Positions 17,830-27,081 of a stretch of DNA of 64,000 bases are shown piece by piece. Source of the stretch: an uncultured Bordetella sp. Its GTDB lineage: Bacteria > Pseudomonadota > Gammaproteobacteria > Burkholderiales > SG8-41. The number at the start of each line of letters is the position of its first letter. Position 1 is the stretch's first letter. The DNA is taken from assembly GCA_964433345.1 (NCBI GenBank), contig CAYSQJ010000005.1:40440-104439 (forward strand), read 5' to 3'. Position numbers and translations under genes: made by a program. The notes under the pieces are model-generated. The model searched no databases. It was not told the DNA's origin and saw nothing but the letters and a program-made list of their open reading frames with translations.

Positions 17830-19040
17830 GCGCGGTGCCGGCAGCCGGCCGGCCTCCTTCCTTCACCTTCCTGATGGTCACGCTGCTGGCCGGCCAGACC
17901 ATAGGCACCATGGGCACCACGATCATTCCCTCGGTGGCGCCCAAGGTCGCGGAAACCTACGGCATCCCTTCGGCGCTGGTCGGCTACCAGATCAGCATGA
18001 TCGCGGTGGCGATGATCATCGCGCTGGCTTTCGGCAGCAAGTTCAACCGTCGCTGGGGCTCGACCCGCATGCAGCAGATCGGCCTGACGCTGGTCGCCAC
18101 CGGCGGCTTGGTCGCGATCCTGCCGCATGTCGCCTTCTTTTTCCTGGCCTCGATCGCACTTGGGCTCGGTTACGGCATGCTGACGCCCTCGGCTTCCAAC
18201 CTGCTGTTGCGCTTCACGCCGGCAAAGCGGCGCAACCTCATTTTCTCGATCAAGCAGACCGGAGTGCCGCTGGGCGGCATCGGCGCAGCGCTGATCGGTC
18301 CCGCGGTGGCCGTGCACTTCGGCTGGCAGTGGGCCATCGCCTGCAATTCGATGATTCTCTACGCACTGGTGTTCGTGCTGGGCCGCGGGCGTTCCTACTG
18401 GGACACCGATCGCGACCCGCACGCGTCGATCGGCGGCAATCCCTTCAGCGGAGTCATCGATATCTGGCGCCATCGCGCGCTGCGTCTGCTGTCCCTGTCC
18501 GGCGGCTGTTTCGTGATCGTCCAGTTCGGCATCACCACCTTCACCGTCATCCTGTTCAACGAGGAACTGGGCTGGGGACTGATCGCTGCAGGTCTGGTGC
18601 TGACCGCTGCGCAGGTCGGCGGCGTGGCGGGGCGCCTGTTCTGGGGCTGGCTCGCCGACCGGCTGGGCAATGCCTTCTCCTCGATGCTGATTCTCGGTGC
18701 CGTGATGATCGTGTCTGCGGCGCTGTGCATTGCGCTGACACCCGGATGGTCGATGTTCGCGGCCTGCCTGCTGTTTTTCGTGATGGGTTCGACCGCCAGC
18801 GGCTGGAACGGCGCCTTTCTCGGCGAGGTCGCGCGCCTGGCTCCGCCGGACCAGATCAGTCCGCTGACCGGGGGCTCGCTGGTCTATGTCAATACCGGCA
18901 AGGCGATCGGGCCGATTGCCTGTGCCAATGTATTCCTGCTGACCGGCGACTACACGCTGACCTTTGCGCTGCTCGCAGTGCCGGCCGCGGTCGGCACTGC
19001 CTGTGTCTGGGCGGCGCATCGCCGGCTGTCCAGCAGCTAA
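17826..19040 (+). CDS. MFS transporter (paralogue of the 31258-34867 triplet)
   Basis: ORF 17799..19040. GTG at 17826 overlaps the upstream TGA (GTGA) and aligns with the N-termini of the paralogues. Shares RRNLIFSIKQTGVPLGG. Confidence 0.7.
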   Translation: MSAVPAAGRPPSFTFLMVTLLAGQTIGTMGTTIIPSVAPKVAETYGIPSALVGYQISMIAVAMIIALAFGSKFNRRWGSTRMQQIGLTLVATGGLVAILPHVAFFFLASIALGLGYGMLTPSASNLLLRFTPAKRRNLIFSIKQTGVPLGGIGAALIGPAVAVHFGWQWAIACNSMILYALVFVLGRGRSYWDTDRDPHASIGGNPFSGVIDIWRHRALRLLSLSGGCFVIVQFGITTFTVILFNEELGWGLIAAGLVLTAAQVGGVAGRLFWGWLADRLGNAFSSMLILGAVMIVSAALCIALTPGWSMFAACLLFFVMGSTASGWNGAFLGEVARLAPPDQISPLTGGSLVYVNTGKAIGPIACANVFLLTGDYTLTFALLAVPAAVGTACVWAAHRRLSSS

Positions 19041-19077
19041 AGTCCGATCAGGGAACATTTTTCGGCCGGCAGGTTTT

Positions 19078-19100
19078 GGCGCAGGCTTGCGCCGCTTTTT
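19078..19100 (+). terminator. Weak Rho-independent terminator candidate after the MFS gene
   Basis: GGCGCA-GGCT-TGCGCC stem-loop followed by GCTTTTT. Confidence 0.35.
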
Positions 19101-19273
19101 CCGGTATTGTTCTTCAATGCCGGATGAGGGCACCGCAGCGGTGCGGCATCGGGGCGACCTGCACACTATGCAGGCATTTTCCGCCCATTTTCCGCCGTGG
19201 TGGCAGGCACGGCACTTGCTCTGTTGGATGACGGAGGATTTTATTTTCCGTATCTGTGAAAGAAAGGTGATTC

Positions 19274-20260
19274 ATGAAAACGTTTGCATCGAAGTGCCGC
19301 GGCGCGGGAGTTGTACTGGTCGCGCTGCTGGCCTGCCAGGGCATGGCCGTGGCGCAGAACTATCCGGCGAAGCCCCTGCGCATGGTGGTGCCCTTCGCGC
19401 CGGGCGGCCCCAATGACATTCTTGGCCGCATGGTCGGGCAGAAGCTGACCGAAGCCTGGGGGCAGCCGGTGGTGGTCGACAACCGCGGCGGCGCCGGCGG
19501 CACGGTAGGGCTAGATGCTGCCTCGCGCATGCCGGGTGACGGTTACACCGTGGCAATGGGCGGTTCTAGCAATCTGGCGCTCGCGCCCAGCCTTTACGCC
19601 AAGCTCGCTTATGATCCACTGAAGGATTTCTCGCCGATCATCAACGTCGCCGTGGTGCCCTATGCGCTGGCCGTCAATCCGACGGTGCCCGCGAAGAACG
19701 TCAAGGAGCTGATCAGCGTCGCCGGCCGCAAGGCGGGTTATCTCAGCTACGGTTCTTCGGGTGTGGGCAGCATGTCGAGCCTCGCCGCCGAGATGCTCAA
19801 ATCAATCTCGAAAACAGACATCGTGCACGTGCCGTACAAGGGTACCGCTCCGGCACTGACCGATGTGGTCAGCGGCCACATTGACATGATGCTGGCTGAC
19901 CTGGCGGTGATCAAGCCGCATGCCGACAGCGGGCGCCTGCGGGTGCTGGCCGTTACCGGCCTCAAGCGTTCGGTTGCGGCGCCCAATGTTCCGACCATTG
20001 CCGAATCTGGCCTCCCGGGTTACGAACTGTCTCCCTGGTTCGGCGTGGTGGCGCCGGCAGGAGTGCCGCGCGATATCGTGTCGCGGCTGAATGCCACGAT
20101 CGGCGCCAGCCTCAAGTCGCAGGACGTGTTGAAGCGTTTATCCAACCTCGGTTACGAGCCGCTGGGCGGCAGCCCCGAGGAGTTCGCCGCTGCCATCAAG
20201 GCCGATACCGCGAAGTTTGCGAATATCGTCAAGACCGCCGGTATCAAGGCTCGGCCCTGA
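19274..20260 (+). CDS. Bug-family (TctC-like) periplasmic binding protein, orphan
   Basis: 328 aa with signal peptide ending MAVAQ. Bug blocks present (LRMVVPFAPGGPND, NRGGAGG, HVPYKGTAPA). Confidence 0.85.
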   Translation: MKTFASKCRGAGVVLVALLACQGMAVAQNYPAKPLRMVVPFAPGGPNDILGRMVGQKLTEAWGQPVVVDNRGGAGGTVGLDAASRMPGDGYTVAMGGSSNLALAPSLYAKLAYDPLKDFSPIINVAVVPYALAVNPTVPAKNVKELISVAGRKAGYLSYGSSGVGSMSSLAAEMLKSISKTDIVHVPYKGTAPALTDVVSGHIDMMLADLAVIKPHADSGRLRVLAVTGLKRSVAAPNVPTIAESGLPGYELSPWFGVVAPAGVPRDIVSRLNATIGASLKSQDVLKRLSNLGYEPLGGSPEEFAAAIKADTAKFANIVKTAGIKARP

Positions 20261-20284
20261 GTGCAGGCCAGGCGTGGGGCGCCG

Positions 20285-21886
20285 TCAGTCCTTCGACGGC
20301 GCCAGCGCGGCAACGCCGCGTCCGGCGATGCGTCCGGTGACAAAACACTCCGCGATGTTGCCGCCGGAGAGATAGAGGTGGCCGAAGGAGCTGCCGAGTT
20401 CGCCGGCGGCGTAGAGGCGGGGAATCGGCCGGCCGTGCACGTCGATCACCCGCGACTGCGCGTCGTGGACAGGACCGCCCTGGGTGTTTGAAATGACCGC
20501 CCACACCGGCGCGCCGTAGAAAGGGCCTTTTTCAATCGGCAGCATGCTGTTGGCGGGGCGTGAGTGGTCCTCGTCGCGTCCGGCAGCACATTGCGCGTTC
20601 CAGCGCTTGATCGAGGCGGTTACAGCCACCGGATCGAGGCCAAGCTGGCCGGCGAGTTCTTCCAGCGTGTTGGCGCGCTTGAGGATGCCGTTCCCGACTT
20701 CCTTCAGGTTGTCGTCGCTCCAGTCGTAACGCAGTCCCTCGTCGTTCGAGGTCGCCTTGCCCAGCGGGTACAGCCTGCGCCCGTTGTCGTCACAGATGAT
20801 GTAGGCGGGGTTGCGCGGCGCGCGCTGGGTGACCGGATCGAAATGCCCCAGCGGGCGTACCGCGGTGTCTTGGGTATAGGGCTGGTATTCGGACATGAAG
20901 CGTTTGCCTGAAGCATCGAGCAGTATCCACGCCATCTTCAGTTTCACCGCGTCCTCGTCGCCCGGGAACCAGTCGGGAAAGCGCTTGACGCGCATGCCGT
21001 AGGGATAGGCCGGATCACTGTGGCGGAAACCGTAGGCACCGTGCACATGCCACATGTGCCACAGCGCGGCGCCGAGGTCCTGCGCCATGCGGATGCCGTC
21101 GCCGGTGTTGTGGCGCGCAGCGGCGTTGAACACCGGGTAGGTTTCGAGGAATTGCGCCTTCATCTCGGCATTGCCTTCGAAGCCGCCGGTGGCAAGCACC
21201 ACGCCGCGGCGCGCGCGGATGTGTCGCGGCTTGCCTTCCTGCATCACGGTGATGCCGAGCACTTCGCGTGTCACCGGATCGCTGATCAGGCGCGTCGCGG
21301 CGACACCGAGCCGCACTTCGACGCCGGCCTTCAGCACGTTGTCGTGGACCACCTTGAACAGCTTGGGGCCGTTGGGCGCGCCATTGGCCCAGGGGTAGGC
21401 CTCGCCTGCCCTGAAACCGGGAATGTCGACGACCGAGGTGTGATAGAAGGTGTTGGTGCCGGGCAGCGGATAGTTGCCGCGGATCTGGCGGCGGTAGGGA
21501 TCGCCCGCCTTTTCGCGCTCCGCATTTTCCTCGACCGAGGTGAGCACGCGGGCATCGCAGATTTGCGCCAGTTCGCGGACATAAGCCTCCAGTCCGCACA
21601 TGCCTTCGGCCAGCGCGCGCACGACTTGGTCCGGTGTGCGGCCGCCGTTGGTGGCCTTGAGATAGGCATAGGCCTGCTCCGGGTCATGCGCGCTGCGCAC
21701 CGCGCCATAGGAGCAGATCGACAGTCCGCCGGGCACGGTGGACTTCTCGATCAGCAGGGTTTTGGCGCCGGCCTGTGCTGCATTGAGTGCCGCGATGCCG
21801 CCGCCATGGCCGAAGCCGGCGACGACGACGTCGAAGGTTTCCGTGAATTCCATTTTGACTTTCAATGTTGGATGATCAGTGGTCAT
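20285..21886 (-). CDS. FAD-dependent oxidoreductase (FAD_binding_2 / fumarate reductase-KstD-like flavoprotein)
   Basis: 533 aa. N-terminal FDVVVAGFGHGGGIAALNAAQAG dinucleotide fold and C-terminal LYAAGELG block. ATGA overlap with 21883..22818. Confidence 0.75.
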   Translation of the reverse strand: MTTDHPTLKVKMEFTETFDVVVAGFGHGGGIAALNAAQAGAKTLLIEKSTVPGGLSICSYGAVRSAHDPEQAYAYLKATNGGRTPDQVVRALAEGMCGLEAYVRELAQICDARVLTSVEENAEREKAGDPYRRQIRGNYPLPGTNTFYHTSVVDIPGFRAGEAYPWANGAPNGPKLFKVVHDNVLKAGVEVRLGVAATRLISDPVTREVLGITVMQEGKPRHIRARRGVVLATGGFEGNAEMKAQFLETYPVFNAAARHNTGDGIRMAQDLGAALWHMWHVHGAYGFRHSDPAYPYGMRVKRFPDWFPGDEDAVKLKMAWILLDASGKRFMSEYQPYTQDTAVRPLGHFDPVTQRAPRNPAYIICDDNGRRLYPLGKATSNDEGLRYDWSDDNLKEVGNGILKRANTLEELAGQLGLDPVAVTASIKRWNAQCAAGRDEDHSRPANSMLPIEKGPFYGAPVWAVISNTQGGPVHDAQSRVIDVHGRPIPRLYAAGELGSSFGHLYLSGGNIAECFVTGRIAGRGVAALAPSKD

Positions 21887-22818
21887 TCAAAAACGGGCAG
21901 GGTGGCGCCGGGTGCCTGGAACAGCACGAAACCGCCGACCGTGCCCGGCCATTCCAGCAGCAGGCGCCCGGAGATGTTGCGCACCTGGCACTGAGCATCG
22001 TCGAGATGTCGCCGTGTCGCGTCGAGGTCATCGCTGCTCAGCACATAGCCGGCGATCCAGGGCAGCGACGGTGCCTGCATGCCCAGCGTGCGCTGCAGTG
22101 CCGCGGGAGTGACGAAGAGCAGGGCGCCCCGCTGGCTGTCGATGCGCCACAACGATCCGCTCACCTGCGCCAGCAGGCCGGTGAAACGCGCATAGCGCTG
22201 CGCGGCTTCCTGCGGATCCTCAACGCATACGATCACTGCCGCCAATCCGCGTGCGCGGTTGGCGTGCGCGGTCCATCGCGGCTGCCACAGCAGTTCGGGC
22301 GTGTGCTGCTGGCAGTACTGGATGCGGCCTTCGGCCATGGTGCCCGGGGGCACGCGGACTACGGTGAAGCGCGCGGTGCCGCTGCCGCTGACGTTATCGA
22401 TGCAGGTGCCGATTTCGCGCTGCAGGGCCACGGCTGGGAGCGGTGCGAAGCCGTTTTTCTCCAGTCGCGCATGGTCGGCACCGGCTTCGGCGGTGCCGAA
22501 GGCGATCAGGTGCATGCCGGTGTAGCGCTGGATGGCCGCGCGCAGCTGCTCGGCGATCGGCGTGTCGCCGGTAGGTGTCAGGAACTCGAGGTAGCCTTCG
22601 CGCAGCATCACGCAGCGATTGCCGGCGCCAGCCGGTACCAGCGGACCGCCGGGTTCCAGCCGGTGTGATTGCGCCGAAAACGGCGTCAGCGTGAAGCCGG
22701 CCTGTTCCAGAGCCGCGCTGGCGGCATCGATGTGCGGCACGAAGTGGGCGACATGGTCGATGTTGAGCCTGCCGGTGGATGGCGACTGGGACGCGGGGTT
22801 GGTGCCGGTGGCCGTCAT
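21883..22818 (-). CDS. VOC/glyoxalase-like domain protein
   Basis: ORF 21883..22974. The ATG at 22818 shares one base with the upstream stop. IDHVAHFV...GFTLTPFS and GYLEFLTP blocks resemble glyoxalase-like domains. The call is tentative. Confidence 0.55.
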   Translation of the reverse strand: MTATGTNPASQSPSTGRLNIDHVAHFVPHIDAASAALEQAGFTLTPFSAQSHRLEPGGPLVPAGAGNRCVMLREGYLEFLTPTGDTPIAEQLRAAIQRYTGMHLIAFGTAEAGADHARLEKNGFAPLPAVALQREIGTCIDNVSGSGTARFTVVRVPPGTMAEGRIQYCQQHTPELLWQPRWTAHANRARGLAAVIVCVEDPQEAAQRYARFTGLLAQVSGSLWRIDSQRGALLFVTPAALQRTLGMQAPSLPWIAGYVLSSDDLDATRRHLDDAQCQVRNISGRLLLEWPGTVGGFVLFQAPGATLPVFE

Positions 22819-23816
22819 CAGTAGCCCAGCTTCGGGTCGATGCGCCGCTTCAGCCGCTTGCCGGCGAGAAACAGCGCCAGGTTTTCGAACCAGAGATCGA
22901 TCGTGATGTCGGCGTAATGCTCGCCGTCGTCGCAGGAAACATGCGGGGTGATCACCAGGTTGGGCGTGCTCCACAGCGTGGCATTGGCGGGCAGGGGTTC
23001 GGGATCGACAACGTCGAGCACCGCACCGGCGAGCCGGCCGCTGCGCAGGCGTTTTTCCAGGGCAGCCTGGTCGATCACCGGGCCGCGTGCGATGTTGATG
23101 ACGCCGGCCGAGGGTTTCAGCAGGTCCATGCGCGCGGCGCTGAGCAGGCCGCGGGTTTCCGCGGTCAGCGGCACCGCAAGCACGACGAAATCGGCCTGTG
23201 GCAGCACGCGGTCGAGCTGGCGGTAAGTCACCACGCGGTCGACATGGCGGTTTTTCTGCACGCTGCGCCGCACGCCGATGACCTTGAGGCCGATCTTCTT
23301 CGCGGCGCGGGCGGCAGCCTCACCGAGATCGCCGAGGCCGATGACCACCGCCGTCCTGCCGGTGATGCTGGGCGAGTACAGCGCCTCCCAGCGGCGAGAC
23401 TGCTGGTTGGCCATGACCGCAGCCATCCGCGAGTTGAGCAGGTGATAGGCCATGGTCATGTACTGCTCGGCCTTGTGGCCATGCGCGCCGCTGTTGTTGG
23501 TGAACACCGTGCCGCGAGGTAGCCAGTCGAGCGGCAGCACGCCGTCTATGCCGGCCGAGGTCGAGTGAATCCATTTCAGCCGGGGCGCACGCAGTGCGAA
23601 CCTGTCGCGGTCGGCCGGCAGGCCGATCACCAGGTCGGCATCGGCCAGCGCGGCTTCCAGGATGTCGCCGTCCCAGCCGAAGCTGACCTTGCCTATGTGC
23701 CGGGCCAGCGCCCGGTGCCGCTTGCAGGCTGCAGCCCAGTGCTGCGGCAGGATGTGCGAAATGCCGTTTTTCCGGCGCGTGTTCTCGATGTGCAGCTTCA
23801 GTTTCTTCGTTGTCAT
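22818..23816 (-). CDS. D-2-hydroxyacid dehydrogenase family (NAD-binding)
   Basis: 332 aa with VIGLGDLGEAAARAAKKIG Rossmann motif, INIARGPVIDQAAL and ITPHVS (catalytic His) blocks. Confidence 0.75.
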   Translation of the reverse strand: MTTKKLKLHIENTRRKNGISHILPQHWAAACKRHRALARHIGKVSFGWDGDILEAALADADLVIGLPADRDRFALRAPRLKWIHSTSAGIDGVLPLDWLPRGTVFTNNSGAHGHKAEQYMTMAYHLLNSRMAAVMANQQSRRWEALYSPSITGRTAVVIGLGDLGEAAARAAKKIGLKVIGVRRSVQKNRHVDRVVTYRQLDRVLPQADFVVLAVPLTAETRGLLSAARMDLLKPSAGVINIARGPVIDQAALEKRLRSGRLAGAVLDVVDPEPLPANATLWSTPNLVITPHVSCDDGEHYADITIDLWFENLALFLAGKRLKRRIDPKLGY

Positions 23817-24000
23817 GCCACTTGATTGATCTGTTTGGGGTGCCGGCAGTGCTGGCCCGGCCCGCGCACTGCCGCCATCGGCACGGCGATCATGCCGGAC
23901 GGCGGAGCGGCGTCGACTTGCCCGAGTTTACATTTTTCGAGGCGCCGCCCGGGCGAGCGCGCCGGAATCCGCATGAATGTTCTGAACTGCGGTGTTCATC

Positions 24001-25623
24001 TCAGGTGCTTTTCACCGGCGGCTTTGCCGCGAAAGCCGAGTCGCGCAGGCACATGCGGCCGCGCGGGTCCTGCCACAGCTTGCCGTCCTCGTGCAGCTTG
24101 CCCAGTGCGCGGGCCACCGTTTGGAAGTCGTAGTCGGCGAATTGCTCGGCGAGCTCCGAGTAGTATTTCGGGATTTTCTCGATGACCGCGACGATCTTGG
24201 CCGACAGCTCGGCCACCGCCTTGTCTCCGGAGGCCACTGCCGGCGCCGGGTCGGCCTTGCCGCTGTAGTAGTCGGCGATTTTGGCGCGGTCGGTGTAGGC
24301 GTAGGAAATGCGCTCGAAACGCTCCTTGGGAATGCCCTCGGAAATCGTCGCGTCTATGCCGACCTTGGCGCCCGTCGGCACCACGCCATGGGGCATCACC
24401 GGCAGGCTGGGATCCAGCGGCTTGGCGCGGCTGCCCGGGATCACCATCACGTCCTTGTCGCCCTGCACGCGGGTGGCGATCGCCCACTCGACATCCATCG
24501 CGTTGAACACGTCGATGTCGTCGTCGACCACCACCACGTGTTTCAGGTCCATCACCGACAGCGCGGCGAGCAGGGCGTTCTTGCCTTCGCCGGCCTGCTT
24601 TTTGATGGAAATGATGGCATGCCACATGCCGCAGCCGCCGAGCGTGACGTTGATGTCCTTGATCTGGATGCCGGCGGTTTTCAGTGCGCGGCGGATCTGG
24701 GTGTAACGCGTCGGCGCCATCAGCCAGGTGTTTTCCCAGGGCATGTGCAGCGCGTAATAGATTGCATCCTTGCGCATGGTGATGGCGTTGATGCGCACCA
24801 CCGGATTCCAGTGCAGGCCGCCCATCAGCCGGGTGAATTCGCCGAAGCGGCCTTCGGGCTGGGTCCAGCCGGTCGGCAGGATCTCGCCTTCGAGCACGAT
24901 CTCGGAATCGGCGATGCATGGCAGGTCTATGGTTTCGCACTGCGCGAGTTCGATCGCCGCGCCGCGGATGCCGCCGGCGATGCCCATCTCGTCGGTGCCC
25001 AGCGGGGCGCGGAAGCCTGAGCCGAGGTTCTCGAAGGGATGGTTTCCGATCGAGATCGAGATCGGGCAGGGCCGGCCCGCCTCGTAGGCGCGCTGAGCAA
25101 ACAGCCGCATGTTGTTCGGCGTGACGATGTCGATGCCGGTGAGGTTCTTTTCCTTGACCATGAAGCGGTAGATGCCGGAATTGAGGCCGAACTCCGGATC
25201 CTTGGCGATGGTGATGCCGGCGGTGATCATCGGCCCGCCGTCGTAGATCGAGAACATGGGGATCGGCAGGCTGAACAGGTCGACGTCCTTGCCGGTCCTG
25301 ATTACCTGTTTCAGCGGGGCGTTTTCGACGTAGCGCGGGGGTATCGGATTTTCGATGCCCTGCTGCAGCCGGAATTCGATTTCGGGATAGGTTTCACAGC
25401 CCATCGACATGATTGCTCGCTTCTGCGAGCGGATGATGCCGGAGACCACCGGCATGTCGTAGCCGATGACCTTGTGGAACAGCAGTGCCTTGTCGGACTG
25501 GTCGACCAAGGTCGCAATGTGCCGGCTGTCGACCGGCTGCTTGATGTCGACGAGCTCCTTCTCGGTGCGCAGCCTGTCGAGGAAACCGCGGAAATTTTCG
25601 TCGGCGTAGGGCAGGGGTTTCAT
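24001..25623 (-). CDS. UbiD-family (prenylated-FMN dependent) decarboxylase with ~75-aa C-terminal extension
   Basis: 540 aa with UbiD blocks throughout (ALLFHKVIGYDMPVV, GIYRFMV, GRFGEFTRLMGG, VVVVDDDIDVFN). Stop overlaps the ubiX start region (25620-25623). Confidence 0.85.
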   Translation of the reverse strand: MKPLPYADENFRGFLDRLRTEKELVDIKQPVDSRHIATLVDQSDKALLFHKVIGYDMPVVSGIIRSQKRAIMSMGCETYPEIEFRLQQGIENPIPPRYVENAPLKQVIRTGKDVDLFSLPIPMFSIYDGGPMITAGITIAKDPEFGLNSGIYRFMVKEKNLTGIDIVTPNNMRLFAQRAYEAGRPCPISISIGNHPFENLGSGFRAPLGTDEMGIAGGIRGAAIELAQCETIDLPCIADSEIVLEGEILPTGWTQPEGRFGEFTRLMGGLHWNPVVRINAITMRKDAIYYALHMPWENTWLMAPTRYTQIRRALKTAGIQIKDINVTLGGCGMWHAIISIKKQAGEGKNALLAALSVMDLKHVVVVDDDIDVFNAMDVEWAIATRVQGDKDVMVIPGSRAKPLDPSLPVMPHGVVPTGAKVGIDATISEGIPKERFERISYAYTDRAKIADYYSGKADPAPAVASGDKAVAELSAKIVAVIEKIPKYYSELAEQFADYDFQTVARALGKLHEDGKLWQDPRGRMCLRDSAFAAKPPVKST

Positions 25624-26243
25624 TGTTTCTTCTTGTCCTTCAGTTCGGCCGGGCCGGTGACGCCGGCCCAGCGGTTGATGGTGTCGTGTTCGACATCGAA
25701 CAGGTCGAGTACCCGGCCGACCGTGTGATTGACCAGGTCATCGATGGTCTTGCCACCGCTGTAGAAGGCCGGCACCGGCGGGAAAATGATGCCGCCCATC
25801 AGCGTCACAGCCTCCATGTTGCGGATATGCGCCAGGTTCAGAGGCGTTTCGCGGGTGATCAGCACCAGCCGGCGACGTTCCTTGAGAATCACGTCGGCGG
25901 CACGGGTGATCAGATTGTCGGCGAGGGCGTGGGCAACGCCGCCCAGGGTTTTCATCGAGCAGGGCGCGACCACCATGCCGGCGGTGATGAAGGAACCGCT
26001 GGCGATGGTGGCGCCGATGTCGCGGACGTTGTGGGTGACGTCTGCGAGCCTGTGCAGCGCCTTGCGGTCCATGCCGTATTCCTGGAAGGCATTGAGCACT
26101 CCGGCCTCCGACACCACGAGATGGGTCTCCCAGCCGCCGATTCCGCGCAGGCGCTCGAGGATGCGGATGCCGTAGACGGAGCCTGAAGCGCCGGTCATCG
26201 CGACGATCAGGCGCCGGGGCGTCGTCTTGTGCGGTGCATTCAT
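25620..26243 (-). CDS. ubiX: UbiX-family flavin prenyltransferase
   Basis: 207 aa with RLIVAMTGASGSVYGIRILERL and VVAPCSMKTL blocks. Translationally coupled to the UbiD-family gene. Confidence 0.85.
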   Translation of the reverse strand: MNAPHKTTPRRLIVAMTGASGSVYGIRILERLRGIGGWETHLVVSEAGVLNAFQEYGMDRKALHRLADVTHNVRDIGATIASGSFITAGMVVAPCSMKTLGGVAHALADNLITRAADVILKERRRLVLITRETPLNLAHIRNMEAVTLMGGIIFPPVPAFYSGGKTIDDLVNHTVGRVLDLFDVEHDTINRWAGVTGPAELKDKKKQ

Positions 26244-26470
26244 TGCTCTGCCTCTTTCATCCAGCGGAACAGGTGGTTTCGAGCGGACACAGGATGCCCG
26301 CCTCGAGGATGGCCATCACAGTCAACAGCGTCAACGTCCGGGCAAATGCATTGCCGGTCCGGATCGGGTCCGTTACCTGGCGCAGCCGGTATCCTACACT
26401 GCCCCGCGAGCCTGACGTCCCGGCGGGGGTGAGGATGCGGCTTCCGGGGACTTCGGGCATTTGCGGAGAT

Positions 26471-26593
26471 GGTGACTGGTAAATGGTGATTGGGGGGGGC
26501 GGGGTGATCAAGTCACCAGGTGATTGAGTGACTGGTGATGATGCTTCGGTTTTACCTAATCACTTAATCGCTTAATCACCTGATCACCGTCAC
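26471..26593. repeat. Word-periodic palindrome built from GTGAT/GTGAC words (contains a G8 run)
   Basis: Left arm GGTGACTG-GTAAATG-GTGATTGG...GGTGATCAA-GTCACCAG-GTGATTGA-GTGACTG-GTGATGATG and right arm CTAATCAC-TTAATCGC-TTAATCAC-CTGATCAC-CGTCAC. Overlaps the stop of 26590..27018. Confidence 0.7.
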
Positions 26594-27018
26594 TTGGGAG
26601 GCGCCGTGAAGTAGGTGCCGCGGCCGCTGGCGACCAGTGCGCCGTCCTTGTCGTAAACGTAGGCCTCTGCGGTCGAATACTGGCTGCCGCTGCGAACGAC
26701 CCGGCCCTTGGCGGTCAGGTCGCCGGGCATTGCGGCCTTGTGGTAATCGACGCGGATGTCGATGGTCGGTACCGGGCGGCCGAGCTGGGCGGCGATTGCG
26801 TAATCGGCGACGACGTCGACGATCGCGGCGAGGATGCCGCCGTGGGTATATTTCCGATCGGGGTTGACCACCCATTCCTCGCGCCAGGCGGCCTTCACTT
26901 CGATGCCGTCTTCACCGGCCTTGAGGAAGGTGAAGTTCAGCCACTGGTTGAAGGGGCCGCGGCTGATCAGTTTCTGCAGTTGTTCGAGGCTGGGAGGGGT
27001 GGGTTTGCTGTCGGTCAT
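26590..27018 (-). CDS. PaaI-family hotdog-fold thioesterase
   Basis: 142 aa. The HGGILAAIVDVVADYA block is typical of PaaI/YbgC-like thioesterases. Confidence 0.75.
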   Translation of the reverse strand: MTDSKPTPPSLEQLQKLISRGPFNQWLNFTFLKAGEDGIEVKAAWREEWVVNPDRKYTHGGILAAIVDVVADYAIAAQLGRPVPTIDIRVDYHKAAMPGDLTAKGRVVRSGSQYSTAEAYVYDKDGALVASGRGTYFTAPPK

Positions 27019-27081
27019 TGTTTTGCTCCGGATAAACGGGGATTAAGTGCTACAGGGAGAGACTGCACAACATGATAACGG

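Noticed and set aside
26492-26499. G8 homopolymer (followed by CGGGG) as a phase-variation tract or G-quadruplex
   Set aside because: It lies inside an intergenic repeat element, not in or just upstream of a coding start. There are too few G-runs for a canonical four-tract quadruplex.
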